A stretch of DNA of 32,000 bases from Methanothermobacter thermautotrophicus str. Delta H (GCF_000008645.1 NC_000916.1:360001-392000); one strand, 5' to 3'; numbered from the stretch's first letter, positions 18,906 to 30,572 are shown. Numbers and translations: made by a program. The notes: a model not told the origin generated them from the sequence alone.

Positions 18906-21776
18906 ATGAGTGGTAAAATAGTCATTAAGGGTGCCAGGGAGCACAACCTCCAGAACGTGGACCTTGAACTTCCACGGGATAAATTCATTGTCATAACAGG
19001 TATAAGCGGGTCAGGAAAGTCTTCACTGGCCTTCGACACGATATACGCTGAGGGGCAGCGCAGGTACGTGGAGTCCCTCTCAGCCTATGCAAGGCAGTTC
19101 CTGGGACAGATGAAGAAGCCAGAGATGGACTACATAGAGGGGCTGTCACCGGCCATATCCATCGACCAGAAGACGACCCGGGTCAACCCCAGATCAACGG
19201 TGGGGACAATAACAGAGATCTACGACTACCTGAGGCTGCTATTTGCAAGGATAGGTAAACCCCACTGCTACCTCTGCGGCAGGGAGATAGAGCAGCAGAC
19301 CTCGACCCAGATAGTCGACAGGATAATGGATGACGGTGAGGGTGAACGGATAATAATACTCGCCCCTGTGGTCAGGGACCGTAAGGGGGAACACCAGCGT
19401 GTATTCGAGAGGCTCAGGGAGCAGGGCTTCGTGAGGGTCAGGGTCGACGGTGAGATACACGACCTTGAAGACGAATTCGATCTTGACAGAAACAGGAAGC
19501 ACTCAATAGACGTTGTTGTGGACAGGCTGGTTGTGAGGAGGGACACGGAGTTCAGAAAGAGGCTTGCGGACTCCGTTGAAACAGCCCTCCAGCTGGGGGA
19601 GGGGACCGTCAGGGTTCCTTCAACCATGACACCGGGCGAGGAGAGGATCTACAGTGAACACTTCGCCTGCCCTGGAACTGCGGGTATAAACTTCGAGGAG
19701 ATCAGCCCCAGGATGTTCTCATTTAACAGTCCCCATGGGGCCTGCCCTGAGTGTAACGGCCTCGGAAGCAAACTTGAGATCGACCCTGACCTGGTGGTGC
19801 CCTACCCTGAACGCTCAATAAACGAGGGCGCCATTGTGCCCTGGAGCAAATCAGGGAAGAGGGACAACTACTACCACCAGATGCTGAGGGCGGTGGCCGA
19901 ACACTACGGCTTCAGCCTCGACACACCCTTCAGGGACCTGGACGAGGAACACCGGAGGGCCATTCTCTACGGGACCGATGAGAAGATACAGTTCGTATTT
20001 CAGAGAAAAAACAGGACCTACCGGGTGAACAGGCGCTTCGAGGGTGTCATACCCCGCATGGAGAGGATATACATGGAGACCAAGTCCAACTACATGAGGA
20101 CCTACATAGGCAGGTTCATGAGCAACCACGCCTGTCCGGTATGCGGGGGAAGCAGGCTCCGCCCTGAGAGCCTCTCAGTCACCATCAACGGAAGATCAAT
20201 ACATGACGTTGTTGAGATGTCAATCAGGGAGGCCCATGAATTCTTCGACTCCCTCAAGCTCACCGAACGCGAGGAGTACATAGCCAGGGAGGTCCTCAAG
20301 GAGATAAGGGAGAGGCTGCGCTTTCTGATCGACGTGGGCCTGGATTACCTCACACTTTCAAGGTCATCAGGAACCCTCTCAGGGGGGGAGGCCCAGAGGA
20401 TAAGGCTCGCCACCCAGATAGGCTCCGGCCTTGTGGGGGTCCTCTACATCCTGGATGAGCCCAGCATAGGACTCCACCAGCGGGACAACAGGAGACTCAT
20501 AGAGACACTAAAGAGACTCAGGGACCTTGGGAACACCCTCATAGTGGTGGAACACGACGAGGAAACAATACTCTCGGCAGACCACGTTGTCGACATCGGA
20601 CCGGGCGCGGGTGAACACGGAGGATGTGTGGTTGCAGAGGGCACACCTGAGGAGATAATGGAGGACCCGGATTCACTCACAGGGGCCTACCTCTCAGGTA
20701 GGGAAACAATACCCCTACCCGAGGTCAGGAGGAGGCCATCAGGAAGGTACCTGACTGTGAGGGGCGCTGCCGAGAACAACCTCAGAGAAATCGACGTCAG
20801 GATACCCCTGGGACTGTTCACCTGTGTCACAGGGGTCTCAGGGTCAGGGAAGAGCACACTCGTCAATGACATACTCTACAGGGGTGTCTATGAGAGGCTC
20901 AACCACAAGCACATGAACGCCGGGAGGCACACCGACATTGAGGGCCTCCAGCACATCGATAAGGTCGTGATGATAGACCAGTCACCCATAGGTAGAACAC
21001 CACGCTCAAACCCGGCAACCTACACAGGGGTGTTCACCCACATCAGGGAGCTCTTTGCCCAGACACCTGAGGCCAGGAAGCGTGGATACAGGCCGGGCAG
21101 GTTCAGCTTCAACGTCAAGGGCGGGCGCTGCGAGGCCTGCGGCGGGGACGGTATAATCAAGATAGAGATGCACTTCCTGGCAGACGTCTACGTCCCCTGT
21201 GAGGTGTGCAGGGGCAGGAGATACAATGAGGAGACCCTTGAGATACGCTACAGGGGCAGGAACATCGCGGAGGTCCTTGACATGACCGTGGAGGAGGCCC
21301 TCGAATTCTTTGAGAACATACCCCAGGTGAGGAGGAAGCTCCAGACACTCTATGACGTGGGCCTCGGCTACATAAAACTCGGGCAGCCCGCAACGACCCT
21401 CTCGGGTGGTGAGGCCCAGAGGGTGAAACTTGCGAAGGAGCTCAGCAGGAGGAGTACCGGCAGTACACTGTACATCCTTGATGAGCCGACCACGGGTCTC
21501 CACTTCGATGACATCAAGAAGCTCCTCAATGTCCTGGGACGGCTTGTGGATGCCGGGAACACCGCCGTTGTCATAGAACACAACCTTGATGTTATAAAGT
21601 CCGCGGACCACATCATAGACCTCGGACCCGAGGGTGGTGAGAGGGGTGGCCTCGTCGTTGCAGAGGGAACACCAGAGGAGGTTGCTGCATCAGGTACACA
21701 CACCGGCCGCTTCCTCAGGGAGGTCCTGGCGGATGAACGCAGCCAGAAGGTCCCTGTGGGTCAGGATACAGGATGA
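18906..21776 (+). CDS. uvrA: Excinuclease ABC subunit A
   Basis: Twin ABC ATPase modules ([35 protein letters not shown]; [16 protein letters not shown]), CxxC zinc modules, [15 protein letters not shown] 18906 ([18 protein letters not shown]) fits better than the TTG at 18888. Confidence 0.97.
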   Translation: MSGKIVIKGAREHNLQNVDLELPRDKFIVITGISGSGKSSLAFDTIYAEGQRRYVESLSAYARQFLGQMKKPEMDYIEGLSPAISIDQKTTRVNPRSTVGTITEIYDYLRLLFARIGKPHCYLCGREIEQQTSTQIVDRIMDDGEGERIIILAPVVRDRKGEHQRVFERLREQGFVRVRVDGEIHDLEDEFDLDRNRKHSIDVVVDRLVVRRDTEFRKRLADSVETALQLGEGTVRVPSTMTPGEERIYSEHFACPGTAGINFEEISPRMFSFNSPHGACPECNGLGSKLEIDPDLVVPYPERSINEGAIVPWSKSGKRDNYYHQMLRAVAEHYGFSLDTPFRDLDEEHRRAILYGTDEKIQFVFQRKNRTYRVNRRFEGVIPRMERIYMETKSNYMRTYIGRFMSNHACPVCGGSRLRPESLSVTINGRSIHDVVEMSIREAHEFFDSLKLTEREEYIAREVLKEIRERLRFLIDVGLDYLTLSRSSGTLSGGEAQRIRLATQIGSGLVGVLYILDEPSIGLHQRDNRRLIETLKRLRDLGNTLIVVEHDEETILSADHVVDIGPGAGEHGGCVVAEGTPEEIMEDPDSLTGAYLSGRETIPLPEVRRRPSGRYLTVRGAAENNLREIDVRIPLGLFTCVTGVSGSGKSTLVNDILYRGVYERLNHKHMNAGRHTDIEGLQHIDKVVMIDQSPIGRTPRSNPATYTGVFTHIRELFAQTPEARKRGYRPGRFSFNVKGGRCEACGGDGIIKIEMHFLADVYVPCEVCRGRRYNEETLEIRYRGRNIAEVLDMTVEEALEFFENIPQVRRKLQTLYDVGLGYIKLGQPATTLSGGEAQRVKLAKELSRRSTGSTLYILDEPTTGLHFDDIKKLLNVLGRLVDAGNTAVVIEHNLDVIKSADHIIDLGPEGGERGGLVVAEGTPEEVAASGTHTGRFLREVLADERSQKVPVGQDTG

Positions 21777-21963
21777 TCCCTGCATCAGTGAGGTATCTGA
21801 TCCACTCTTATCATTTCATGGATAAGAGGTTCCATGAAACGCATGGCTCTTCACGGATCTCTGCTCTTCCAGAGGTCCGGCTGATTTTTCTGACTCTCCT
21901 CTTCTGGTCATGGAATTTTTTGCTGTTTCTCTGGACTCTCATGTTTTTAGCCATATCAAGGAA

Positions 21964-21980
21964 ATTTTTTTATATAATCA
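21964..21980 (+). promoter_or_regulatory. TATA box upstream of histidine kinase
   Basis: 'aattttttatataatcat'-type element, with ATG 22003 about 30 nt downstream. Confidence 0.45.
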
Positions 21981-22002
21981 TAACCAGAAATTTTATGTGG
22001 TT

Positions 22003-23031
22003 ATGATGAAGCATGACGATGTTCTAATGATTCTTGCAGCAGCCGCTCTGATGTTCTCCTTTAGCTGGGTGCATGGCATGTTACTGGTTCTACCACTGCT
22101 TGCAATCCCTCAACTGTCCTCAAGGACCCTTAAATGGGGGGTCCTCGTTCTGGCAGTTTTCGTGGCCCTCCTGATACTCCAGCCGATGACAAGGGCAGTT
22201 GGCCTTAACATATCAGATGAGCTCTTCAGACTGGTTCTCCTGTTACTTTTCACGTTCATGGTGGCCCTCCTCATCGAGAGGATTGAAAAGGTCCGCTCTC
22301 TGAGGGAACTGAACCTTGAACTGAAGAAACAGGCTGAAAAACTTGAGGATGCGAACAAGGAACTTGAGGCATTCGCATACTCTGTCTCCCATGACCTCAG
22401 GGTCCCCCTGAGGGCTATAGACGGCTTTTCAAGGATACTCGTGGAGGACTATGAGGATAAACTCGATGATGAGGGGGTAAGGATCCTCGGGATAATAAGG
22501 GATAACACAAGGAAGATGGGTCAGCTCATAGACGACATACTCCTCCTCTCAAGGGCAGGCAGGCAGGAGATGAACCTTGCAATGCTTGACATGAGGGAAC
22601 TGGCAGAGTCAACCTACAGGGAACTCGCATCCCAGGAGGAGGGGCGTTCAATAGAGTTTTCGGTGGCTGATCTTCCACCTGCAATGGCTGACCGCGCCCT
22701 CATGGGGCAGGTCATGGGCAACCTCCTGTCAAACGCCATAAAATTCACAAGGGACCGGGACCCCGCGGTGATAGAGGTCGGCTACATGGATGGTGGTGAT
22801 GAACACACATACTATGTTAAGGATAACGGCGCCGGCTTTGACATGAAGTATGCCAGCAAACTCTTCGGACTCTTCCAGAGACTGCACAGCCAGGAAGAAT
22901 TCGAGGGGACAGGAGTCGGACTCTCAATAGTCCAGAGAATCATAAAGAGGCATGGTGGAAGGGTCTGGGGTGAAGGAAAGGTTGATGGTGGTGCAACAAT
23001 ATACTTCACACTTCCAAAGGTGGTGAAATGA
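22003..23031 (+). CDS. Membrane histidine kinase (HisKA + HATPase), no extra sensor domain
   Basis: N-terminal TM helices, [22 protein letters not shown] (H box), [10 protein letters not shown] (N box), [25 protein letters not shown]. Confidence 0.9.
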   Translation: MMKHDDVLMILAAAALMFSFSWVHGMLLVLPLLAIPQLSSRTLKWGVLVLAVFVALLILQPMTRAVGLNISDELFRLVLLLLFTFMVALLIERIEKVRSLRELNLELKKQAEKLEDANKELEAFAYSVSHDLRVPLRAIDGFSRILVEDYEDKLDDEGVRILGIIRDNTRKMGQLIDDILLLSRAGRQEMNLAMLDMRELAESTYRELASQEEGRSIEFSVADLPPAMADRALMGQVMGNLLSNAIKFTRDRDPAVIEVGYMDGGDEHTYYVKDNGAGFDMKYASKLFGLFQRLHSQEEFEGTGVGLSIVQRIIKRHGGRVWGEGKVDGGATIYFTLPKVVK

Positions 23032-23465
23032 TGACAGATGCAGATATACTCCTGGTTGAGGATAACCCCACAGACGCGGAACTGACCATAAGGGCCCTGA
23101 AGAAGAACAACCTTGCCAACAAGCTCCACTGGGTGAAGGACGGGGCAGAGGCCCTTGACTACATATTTGCATCGGGTTCCTACTCTGATAGGGATCCGGA
23201 GAACCTCCCAAAACTGATCCTCCTGGACCTGAGGATGCCCAAGGTTGACGGCCTCGAGGTACTCCAGGAGATCAAGAGAAATGATTCAACCAGCAAGATC
23301 CCGGTCGTGGTTCTAACATCCTCCAAGGAGGACCGTGACATAGTGGAAAGCTATAAACTTGGGGTGAACAGCTACGTGAGCAAACCGGTGGAGTTCGATG
23401 AATTCATAAGCGCAGTTTCAACCCTTGGCTTCTACTGGATGATCATAAACCAGCCCCCGGAATAG
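23028..23465 (+). CDS. Single-domain response regulator (Rcp1-like)
   Basis: [20 protein letters not shown]...[21 protein letters not shown]...[11 protein letters not shown]; ATGA overlap with the upstream kinase gene. Confidence 0.92.
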   Translation: MMTDADILLVEDNPTDAELTIRALKKNNLANKLHWVKDGAEALDYIFASGSYSDRDPENLPKLILLDLRMPKVDGLEVLQEIKRNDSTSKIPVVVLTSSKEDRDIVESYKLGVNSYVSKPVEFDEFISAVSTLGFYWMIINQPPE

Positions 23466-23562
23466 GCATGTCTTGAAGACCAGACACCAGTGAAGAGCCC
23501 ACAATAAAATTTCCAGGCTTAAGGTGTCTTGAGCTCATTAACCGTAATGAAGAGGAACCGGA

Positions 23563-25314
23563 ATGTCAGAGAAATTGAAGGTACTGATACTTGAGGACGT
23601 CCCGCTTGACGCTGAACTTGTCATAAGGGAACTGCAGAGGGATGGTATAGAATTCGAGCACCTCACAGTTGACAGCGAGGACTCATTCAGGAGGGCCCTT
23701 GAGGAATTCAGCCCGGATATAATACTTGCAGACCACGCACTCCCCAGCTTCGACGGAGTATCTGCCCTGAGGATTGTGAGGGAGAACTATGACATCCCCT
23801 TCATATTTGTCAGTGGAAAGATCGGGGAGGAATTCGCTGTTGACATGCTCAAGGCAGGGGCCACCGATTACGTACTTAAGAATAACCTGTCAAAACTTCC
23901 ACTTGCCTTCAGGAGGGCGCTGCAGGAGGCTGAAGAAGAGAGAAAGATTAAAAAGGCCAGGAAAGCCCTTGAAGAGAGTGAAAGGAAATACAGGGCACTC
24001 TTTGAGAAATCAGGAAACCCGATATTCATCTGTTCAACCGATGGCATCATACTGGACGTTAACCCTGCAGCCGCAGGCTTCCTCAAGTCCTTCAGGGAGG
24101 ATATAATCGGGAGAAACATAAGGGAGTGGATCCATGAGGAGGACGCTGACAGGATATTCAGGGATGGAGAGGGCGGCCATCTGAAGTTCAGGGTGGGCCT
24201 CCGGGGACGCACCCTGGACACATCGGTAACAGCAGTTGAACTGGACCATGAGAAGCTCATATATATCATGGGTAAGGATGTGACCGCCCAGAAACGTATT
24301 GAGAAGGAACTCAAATCCAGCAAGGAGGAGTACAGGGTAATCTTCGAAAACACAGGCACACTCACTGTAATCTGCGGCAGCGACATGGTGATTGAACTTG
24401 CGAACTCAGCCTTTGAGGAGTTCTCAGGTTACAGTAAGGGCGAGATCCAGGGCTACATGAAGTTCACAGACTTTGTTGACGCCTCTGACGCAGCTCGCAT
24501 CGAGGCATACTACCGCCTTAAAGGTATCAACCCGGATGCCATCCCCCACAACTTCGAGGTGGTCCTCAGGAACCGGCAGGGTGAGGAGAGAAACTTCTTC
24601 GCAACCTCCGTTGTGATCCCGGGGAGTGAGAGGTGCCTCATATCCCTCATGGACATAACCCACAGGAAATCCGTTGAGAAACGCCTCAGGCGGTCCCTCA
24701 GGGAGAAGGAACTCCTCTTAAGGGAGGTGCACCATCGGGTCAAGAACAACCTCCAGATAATATCAACACTCCTCATGCTCCAGGCATCCACCACCGGCGA
24801 CAAGAGACTGAGGGACCTCTACAGGGACAGCCAGCACAGGATAGATGCCATATCCCTCATACACGAGAAGCTCTACGAGTCGAGGGACCTCTCAAGGGTT
24901 AACCTCAGGGACTACATCAAGACACTCCTCAGCGACCTCCTGGATTCCTATGGAGCAGACAGTAACGGCATCGATGTGAGGGTGAAGGTGGATGATGTGA
25001 GGCTCAACATTGAAACAGCCATCCCCTGCGGCCTCATAATCAATGAACTGGTATCAAATTCCCTCAAGTATGCATTCCCTGATGGTAAGGGTGAAATCAC
25101 CGTTGAAGTCCACAGTACCGGCGAGGGATACGAAATGACGGTTTCAGATAATGGGGTCGGCCTCCCGGAGGACCTTGACCTTGAGGGATCAGGCACACTG
25201 GGCCTCAGGATCGTCAGGAACCTCGTGGAGCAGATAGACGGGGAACTTGAAATAGAAAGGCCTGCAAGGTTCACAATAAAATTCACTGAGGTTGAGTACA
25301 GGAGGAGGTTCTAG
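23563..25314 (+). CDS. REC-PAS-PAS hybrid histidine kinase with HisKA_2-type dimerisation domain
   Basis: VLILEDVPLDAELVIREL (REC), two PAS regions (ESERKYRALFEKSGNPIFI; KEEYRVIFENTGTLTVI), LLLREVHHRVKNNLQIISTLLMLQ, INELVSNSLKYAFP, DNGVGLPE. Confidence 0.92.
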   Translation: MSEKLKVLILEDVPLDAELVIRELQRDGIEFEHLTVDSEDSFRRALEEFSPDIILADHALPSFDGVSALRIVRENYDIPFIFVSGKIGEEFAVDMLKAGATDYVLKNNLSKLPLAFRRALQEAEEERKIKKARKALEESERKYRALFEKSGNPIFICSTDGIILDVNPAAAGFLKSFREDIIGRNIREWIHEEDADRIFRDGEGGHLKFRVGLRGRTLDTSVTAVELDHEKLIYIMGKDVTAQKRIEKELKSSKEEYRVIFENTGTLTVICGSDMVIELANSAFEEFSGYSKGEIQGYMKFTDFVDASDAARIEAYYRLKGINPDAIPHNFEVVLRNRQGEERNFFATSVVIPGSERCLISLMDITHRKSVEKRLRRSLREKELLLREVHHRVKNNLQIISTLLMLQASTTGDKRLRDLYRDSQHRIDAISLIHEKLYESRDLSRVNLRDYIKTLLSDLLDSYGADSNGIDVRVKVDDVRLNIETAIPCGLIINELVSNSLKYAFPDGKGEITVEVHSTGEGYEMTVSDNGVGLPEDLDLEGSGTLGLRIVRNLVEQIDGELEIERPARFTIKFTEVEYRRRF

Positions 25315-25423
25315 TCTGGTCACGGCGTCACATTAAACCTTATTCTGCAGTGACATCAAAGTATCAGGGGCAATGTCCAGACATTAGTCCTCAGTGATAG
25401 CGGTTCCATAAAGGAGGTTTATC

Positions 25424-26257
25424 ATGGCAAAAATTCTTGTTGTTGAGGACGAGGCCATAGTGGCCATGGGTATAACCCACAAACTTGAATCAATGGGTCA
25501 CAGGGTTGTGGAGACAGTTTCAACAGGTAAGGACGCCATAATGGCGTGCAAGGTCCATGAACCGGACCTCGTTCTCATGGACATCGTCCTGAAGGGCGAA
25601 ATGGATGGTATAGAGGCTGCAAGAAGGATCCGGGACCAGTTCAACATCCCGATAATATACCTGACAGCCTATGCCGATGAGGAGATGCTGACACGTGCAA
25701 AGGTCACAGAGCCCTACGGGTACATAGTGAAGCCCTTCAAGTCATCTGAACTCAATGCCAACATTGAGATGGCCATCTACCGGCACAGATCCGCAATGAG
25801 GGAGAAGGAACTCATGAAGAAGCAGATAATCTCAGACTTCTATAACTTCATCCTCAACGCGATGCCCTCAACCGGAGCCGATGAGGATGCCATCAGGGAA
25901 CTGCTATCAGGTATATTCAGGGACAGGATCACACATGAACTCGGCCCCAGATTCAAGGCCCACATGGAGGAGTATCCGGACGATGACCTCCTCGAGGCAT
26001 ACCTCGCATGGGTCGCAGACATATTTGAAGGCTTCACTGTGAGGGTGGGTTTCCTTGAGGACGAAGAGAACGTTTATGTTGAATTTGAGAACTGCCCTTG
26101 GCTTGAAGATGCCCGAAAGAACCCCGGCTTCTGCCTGAACTGTGAGGCCATCCTGAAGTTAAGTTTTGAATGGAGCGAACTCCCCGGTGACTTCAGGGCC
26201 ATGGGGCAGATTGCAAGGGGAGATGACAGGTGCCTCTTCCGGTTTGGTGTTAAGTAA
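25424..26257 (+). CDS. Response regulator with Cys-rich C-terminal output domain (methanogen-type)
   Basis: REC: ILVVEDEAIVAMGITHKL...[21 protein letters not shown]...YIVKPF. Output domain ends ENCPWLEDARKNPGFCLNCEAIL...ARGDDRCLFRFGVK. Confidence 0.9.
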   Translation: MAKILVVEDEAIVAMGITHKLESMGHRVVETVSTGKDAIMACKVHEPDLVLMDIVLKGEMDGIEAARRIRDQFNIPIIYLTAYADEEMLTRAKVTEPYGYIVKPFKSSELNANIEMAIYRHRSAMREKELMKKQIISDFYNFILNAMPSTGADEDAIRELLSGIFRDRITHELGPRFKAHMEEYPDDDLLEAYLAWVADIFEGFTVRVGFLEDEENVYVEFENCPWLEDARKNPGFCLNCEAILKLSFEWSELPGDFRAMGQIARGDDRCLFRFGVK

Positions 26258-26343
26258 TTACCGGGTTTCAGTGTTGAGCGTATCAGAGCAAGTATAAAGA
26301 GACGTCAGGCTGAAGTTATGATGGTACACGCATGGATGATACA

Positions 26344-27428
26344 ATGAGGAGAACAGGTATTGCAAACCTGCCGCTTCACGGTGGCCATCCCCCGGCCTGG
26401 CTCATGAGGAGGATGATTGAACTCTCAGGGGCCATTACAGAGGTTATAATTGAGGAGTACGGGACCTCAGAGTTCATATCAAGGATATCTGATCCCTTCT
26501 GGTTCCAGGCCTTTTCATGTGTAATAGGCTTTGACTGGCACTCATCAGGGACAACCACCACGACCTGCGGGGCCCTGAAGTCCGCCCTCGACCCTGAGGT
26601 TCACGGGATAATGGTTGCAGGTGGAAAGGGAAGGAAATCCCGCAGGACACCCTCCGAGCTCCAGGCTGCAGCCGAAATCTTCGACCTGGACGCTGAAGGG
26701 CTGGTATACGCAAGCAGGATATCCGCCCGGGTTGATGGTAACTGCATCCAGGACGGCTTCAACCTCTACCAGCACACATTCCTGGTTGACTCCGATGGTG
26801 AATGGGCCGTCGTCCAGCAGGGCCTTGACCCACATGGTGGCTACGCCCGGCGGTACCACTGGCTCGGCTCAGGGGTCGGAGAGTACGTCGAGTCACCCCA
26901 CAGCGGCATCTCCTCTGAGAGGACCCTCAGTGAGGTCCTTGACATGACGTCACCCATCAGCAGGGGGCCCGTGAGACCAGCGTTGACCTGGTCTGTGATG
27001 GCCCGTCTCACATCCGCAGCTATTTAACGGGCCAGAGGACGCTCTTTGACTTCAATGTCCTGGACATGCCAGCCCACCATGAGGTTCTCCCTGTGGACCT
27101 CACAGAGAGGGACATGGCTGTACTGGAGAGGGCCTATGAGATCCAGCCAGCGGACTATGAGGAACTCGTAATGCTCTCAGGGTTCGGGGCCAAAAAGGTG
27201 AGGGCCCTTGCCCTTGTCGCTGACCTCGTCCATGGGGAGAGGGCAAGCTGGAGGGACCCTGTCAAGTACAGCTACGCCCATGGCGGGAAGGATGGCTATC
27301 CATACCCTGTGGACAGGGAGACCTATGACTGTACAGTTGAATACCTCAGGTCCGCAATTGAGGATGCTAAAATCGATAAAAAAGAACGTCTAAGGGCTTT
27401 GAAGTCTCTTAATAGTTTTTTGAGGTAG
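26344..27428 (+). pseudogene. DUF763 family protein with a single-base frameshift
   Basis: First ORF carries MRRTGIANLPLHGGHPPAWLMRRMI...SDPFWFQAFSCVIGFDWHSSGTTTTTCGALK. The second ORF (27066..27428) carries the C-terminal half. Adding one G to the run at 26963-26967 fuses them as ...DMTSPISRGARETSVDLVCDGPSHIRSYLTGQRTLFDFNVLDMPAHHEV... Confidence 0.85.
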
Positions 27429-27455
27429 ATTGACCTTAATCATGTTCTGTCCACG

Positions 27456-27490
27456 CTTCGAGGTCCATGCTATCTCCCCTACCTCGGAAG
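27456..27490 (+). other. Potential stem-loop in intergenic region after DUF763
   Basis: CTTCGAGGT (27456-27464) pairs with ACCTCGGAAG (27481-27490) with one bulged G; 16-nt loop. Confidence 0.35.
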
Positions 27491-27575
27491 GTTTAACTGC
27501 CTCTTAACCATATTAAACACTGGATTCTGTTACCACAGATTATTCAGCTCTATCACAAAGAGAGGTGTTATTTTG

Positions 27576-28664
27576 GTGCAGGGAGTTCTTGTGATATCAA
27601 ACATGTATCCCAGCAGAAAGGGTAAATCATTTGGTAGTTTCGTTAAGGTCCATGTAGATGCATTCAGACGTCATACATCCATCAAACAGTTTGTGGTTGC
27701 AAACACTGACCAGAGAAAGGGTCTTCCAGTACTCATCAGAAAATACGGGTCCCTGCTCCTCAGGTCCCTCTGGTATTCCATAAGGAAACCCTTTGATGTC
27801 ATCCATGCTCACTATCTATTCCCCACAGGATTCATAGGCCTGCTGTGTCACTGGATAAGTGGCAAACCCCTTGTAGTGACGGTCCATGGCAGTGACGTTA
27901 ATAAACTTGCAAGGAAGAATTCCCTTCTCTCTAAAATTTCAGGCTTCATCCTCAGAAGGACCTCTGCAGTCATCGCTGTCAGCAGAGACCTTGGGGAGAA
28001 GGTCGTGAATGAATTCGGGGTCGACAGGGGGAAGGTGCATGTCATCAACATGGGTGTTGACACAGATATCTTCATGCCACTTGATAGGGATGAATGTCGT
28101 GAAAGACTAGGATTACCCCTAAAGGGAAGGGTGGTCCTCTTTGTTGGGAACATCATACCCTCAAAGGGAGTGTATTACCTCATCGAATCCCTCAAGGACT
28201 TAGAGCTCGATGATGTTAAATGCATAATACTTGGAGCCCCCGTTGATGAGGAGTACCTCAGAACCCTCAGGGGGCTGGCTGAATCCATGGATTCCGATGT
28301 GGAATTTTTTGGACCTGTACCGTACACTGAGGTGCCAACCTGGATGAATGCCGCAGATGTCTTTGTTCTACCATCCCTTGAGGAGGGTTTTGGGCTTGTT
28401 GCACTTGAAGCACTCGCCTGCGGCACCCCTGTCATTGCAACTGCCACAGGCGGCATTATGGAATTTGTCAGGGACTCAGAAACAGGATACACCGTGCCCC
28501 CAGGGGATTCCCGTGCCATTGCTGACAGGATAAAGAGGATACTTGATCCCGAAAACCGGGCTGAGGTTGAGTCCATGAGGGAAAGGGGTATGCGGCTTGC
28601 TGAGTCATTCAGTACCATTAAACAGATAGAAAAGGTACTTGAGGTCTACCGTCAGGTTTCATGA
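27576..28664 (+). CDS. Glycosyltransferase, GT4 family (group 1)
   Basis: Starts GTG 27576 (or TTG 27573) after gaggtg; VLVISNMYPSRKGKSFGSFVKVHV, TVHGSDVNKLA, ADVFVLPSLEEGFGLVALEALACGTPVIAT. Confidence 0.92.
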   Translation: MQGVLVISNMYPSRKGKSFGSFVKVHVDAFRRHTSIKQFVVANTDQRKGLPVLIRKYGSLLLRSLWYSIRKPFDVIHAHYLFPTGFIGLLCHWISGKPLVVTVHGSDVNKLARKNSLLSKISGFILRRTSAVIAVSRDLGEKVVNEFGVDRGKVHVINMGVDTDIFMPLDRDECRERLGLPLKGRVVLFVGNIIPSKGVYYLIESLKDLELDDVKCIILGAPVDEEYLRTLRGLAESMDSDVEFFGPVPYTEVPTWMNAADVFVLPSLEEGFGLVALEALACGTPVIATATGGIMEFVRDSETGYTVPPGDSRAIADRIKRILDPENRAEVESMRERGMRLAESFSTIKQIEKVLEVYRQVS

Positions 28665-28796
28665 ACTGAAATGGTTATATACAGGACAGACCCCTTTATT
28701 ATTACTTTTAATACAGTCAGGTACATATTAGTAATACTCATCTTTTTTTAGAAATTATTAAATAATGATTAGACCAACCACTGAACCGGTGATAGC

Positions 28797-30572
28797 TTGG
28801 ATAATCATTACTTCCCATTCACAGCCATCGTTGGACAGGAACTCCTCAAGAAGGCCCTCATCCTCAACGCCATAAACCCATCAATAGGCGGCGTCCTGAT
28901 CAGGGGCGATAAGGGGACAGGTAAATCAACTGCAGTGAGATCACTGAGGGATGTACTCCCTGATAGGAAAATGGTGGAGGGCTGCAGGTTCGGATGCGAC
29001 CCTGATGGAGCAGAAATATGCATGGAGTGCCGCAGAAAACTTGAGGAACAGGGTAGCCTGCCATCAAGACAGGTCAGGATGGAGGTGGTCGACCTCCCTG
29101 TATCCGCAACCGAGGATATGGTTGTGGGTTCACTGGACATAAAGAGGGCCCTCAGGGATGGAATAAAGGCCCTTGAGCCAGGCATACTTGCACGTGCCAA
29201 CGGCAACATCCTCTACATCGATGAGGTCAACCTCCTTGATGACTACATAGTGAACGTCCTCCTCGATGCAGCAGCCATGGGCGTGAATATCATTGAAAGG
29301 GAGGGCATATCCATCCAGCATCCATCAAGGTTCATACTTGCAGGTACAATGAACCCTGAGGAGGGTGATCTCAGACCCCAGATACTTGACAGATTCGGCC
29401 TCAGTGTTGATGTGGAGGCAATAAAGGACCCTGATGAAAGAATTGAAGTCATAAAGCGTGCAATGAAGTTCCAGGAGGATCCAGAGTCCTTCCACTCAAG
29501 GTTCCGGAGGAAACAGGAGGAGCTCAGGGAGAAAATCATCAGGGCACGGAGTTTACTTGAGATGGTCGAGTTGGATGATGAGACCCTGGGCCTCATAGTT
29601 GAGATAGCAGCAGCCCTTGGCATCAGGACCCACAGGGCCGATATCATAACTGCAAGGACCGCGAGGGCACTGGCGGCATTCAACGGCAGGAGGAGGGTCA
29701 CAGGGGATGATGTGATGGAGGCTGCGCTCCTTGCCATGAAGCACAGACTTAGACAGCTACCATTCCAGAGGCAACAGGAACTCAGCCAGGAGATTATAGA
29801 GGACATCATGAATGGCGAATTCGAGGATGACTCAGAGATTGACAGGGAACGGAGGCTGAGGCGTGACCTGAAGATCCCTGACCTGAAGGGATCCCTCCAG
29901 GGTCAGAGCAGTTCAACGGTAACCGGGAGGAGGGGTAAGTATGTCCGCGCCCGGGAGAACCCTGAACCATCCAGCGTGGCCGTTGATGCAACCCTGAGGA
30001 AGGCTGCTTCAGCTGGAACCGGAACCATAGAACCCGAACACCTCATGGAGAAGGTTCGGATCGGGAAATCCAGGGCACTCTACATAATCGTCCTTGACAC
30101 CTCGTCATCAATGAGACTTGAGAGGAAGATAAAATTTGCAAAGACGGTCTCATGGCTGCTCCTGAGGGACTCCTATGAAAAGAGGAACAGGATAGCCCTC
30201 ATAGCCTTCAGGGGATATGAGGCAAACCTGGTGGTTGAGCCCACATCGAATCTTGAGACCGTTGAGGAGGCCCTTGAGGGTCTCAGGTCAGGCGGGAGGA
30301 CACCCCTCACACCGGCACTCAGACTGGCAGCTGAGGTTGCATCATCATCCAGCGATGAGGCATGCACAGCCGTTGTAATATCAGACGGCCGCTGCAACGT
30401 ATTCATCAACTCCAACCTCGAGGAGGACATGAATATGCTTGAAACTGAACTGAGGAACCTGAACCTTTTATTCGTTAATGCAGAACCCGAGAAGAGGAGC
30501 CTGGGTATACTTGAGGACATGGCGTCACGCTTTGGCTCTGAAATCTTCTACCTTGATGATATACTGATCTAG
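28797..30572 (+). CDS. Magnesium/cobalt-chelatase-type fused AAA+ (ChlI) and VWA (ChlD) subunit
   Basis: [89 protein letters not shown] motif VLDTSSSMR. Confidence 0.92.
   Translation: MDNHYFPFTAIVGQELLKKALILNAINPSIGGVLIRGDKGTGKSTAVRSLRDVLPDRKMVEGCRFGCDPDGAEICMECRRKLEEQGSLPSRQVRMEVVDLPVSATEDMVVGSLDIKRALRDGIKALEPGILARANGNILYIDEVNLLDDYIVNVLLDAAAMGVNIIEREGISIQHPSRFILAGTMNPEEGDLRPQILDRFGLSVDVEAIKDPDERIEVIKRAMKFQEDPESFHSRFRRKQEELREKIIRARSLLEMVELDDETLGLIVEIAAALGIRTHRADIITARTARALAAFNGRRRVTGDDVMEAALLAMKHRLRQLPFQRQQELSQEIIEDIMNGEFEDDSEIDRERRLRRDLKIPDLKGSLQGQSSSTVTGRRGKYVRARENPEPSSVAVDATLRKAASAGTGTIEPEHLMEKVRIGKSRALYIIVLDTSSSMRLERKIKFAKTVSWLLLRDSYEKRNRIALIAFRGYEANLVVEPTSNLETVEEALEGLRSGGRTPLTPALRLAAEVASSSSDEACTAVVISDGRCNVFINSNLEEDMNMLETELRNLNLLFVNAEPEKRSLGILEDMASRFGSEIFYLDDILI

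Noticed and set aside
28757-28769. ATTATTAAATAAT-type palindrome upstream of the chelatase gene
   Set aside because: Pure A/T dyads of this size are expected by chance in AT-rich archaeal promoter regions.
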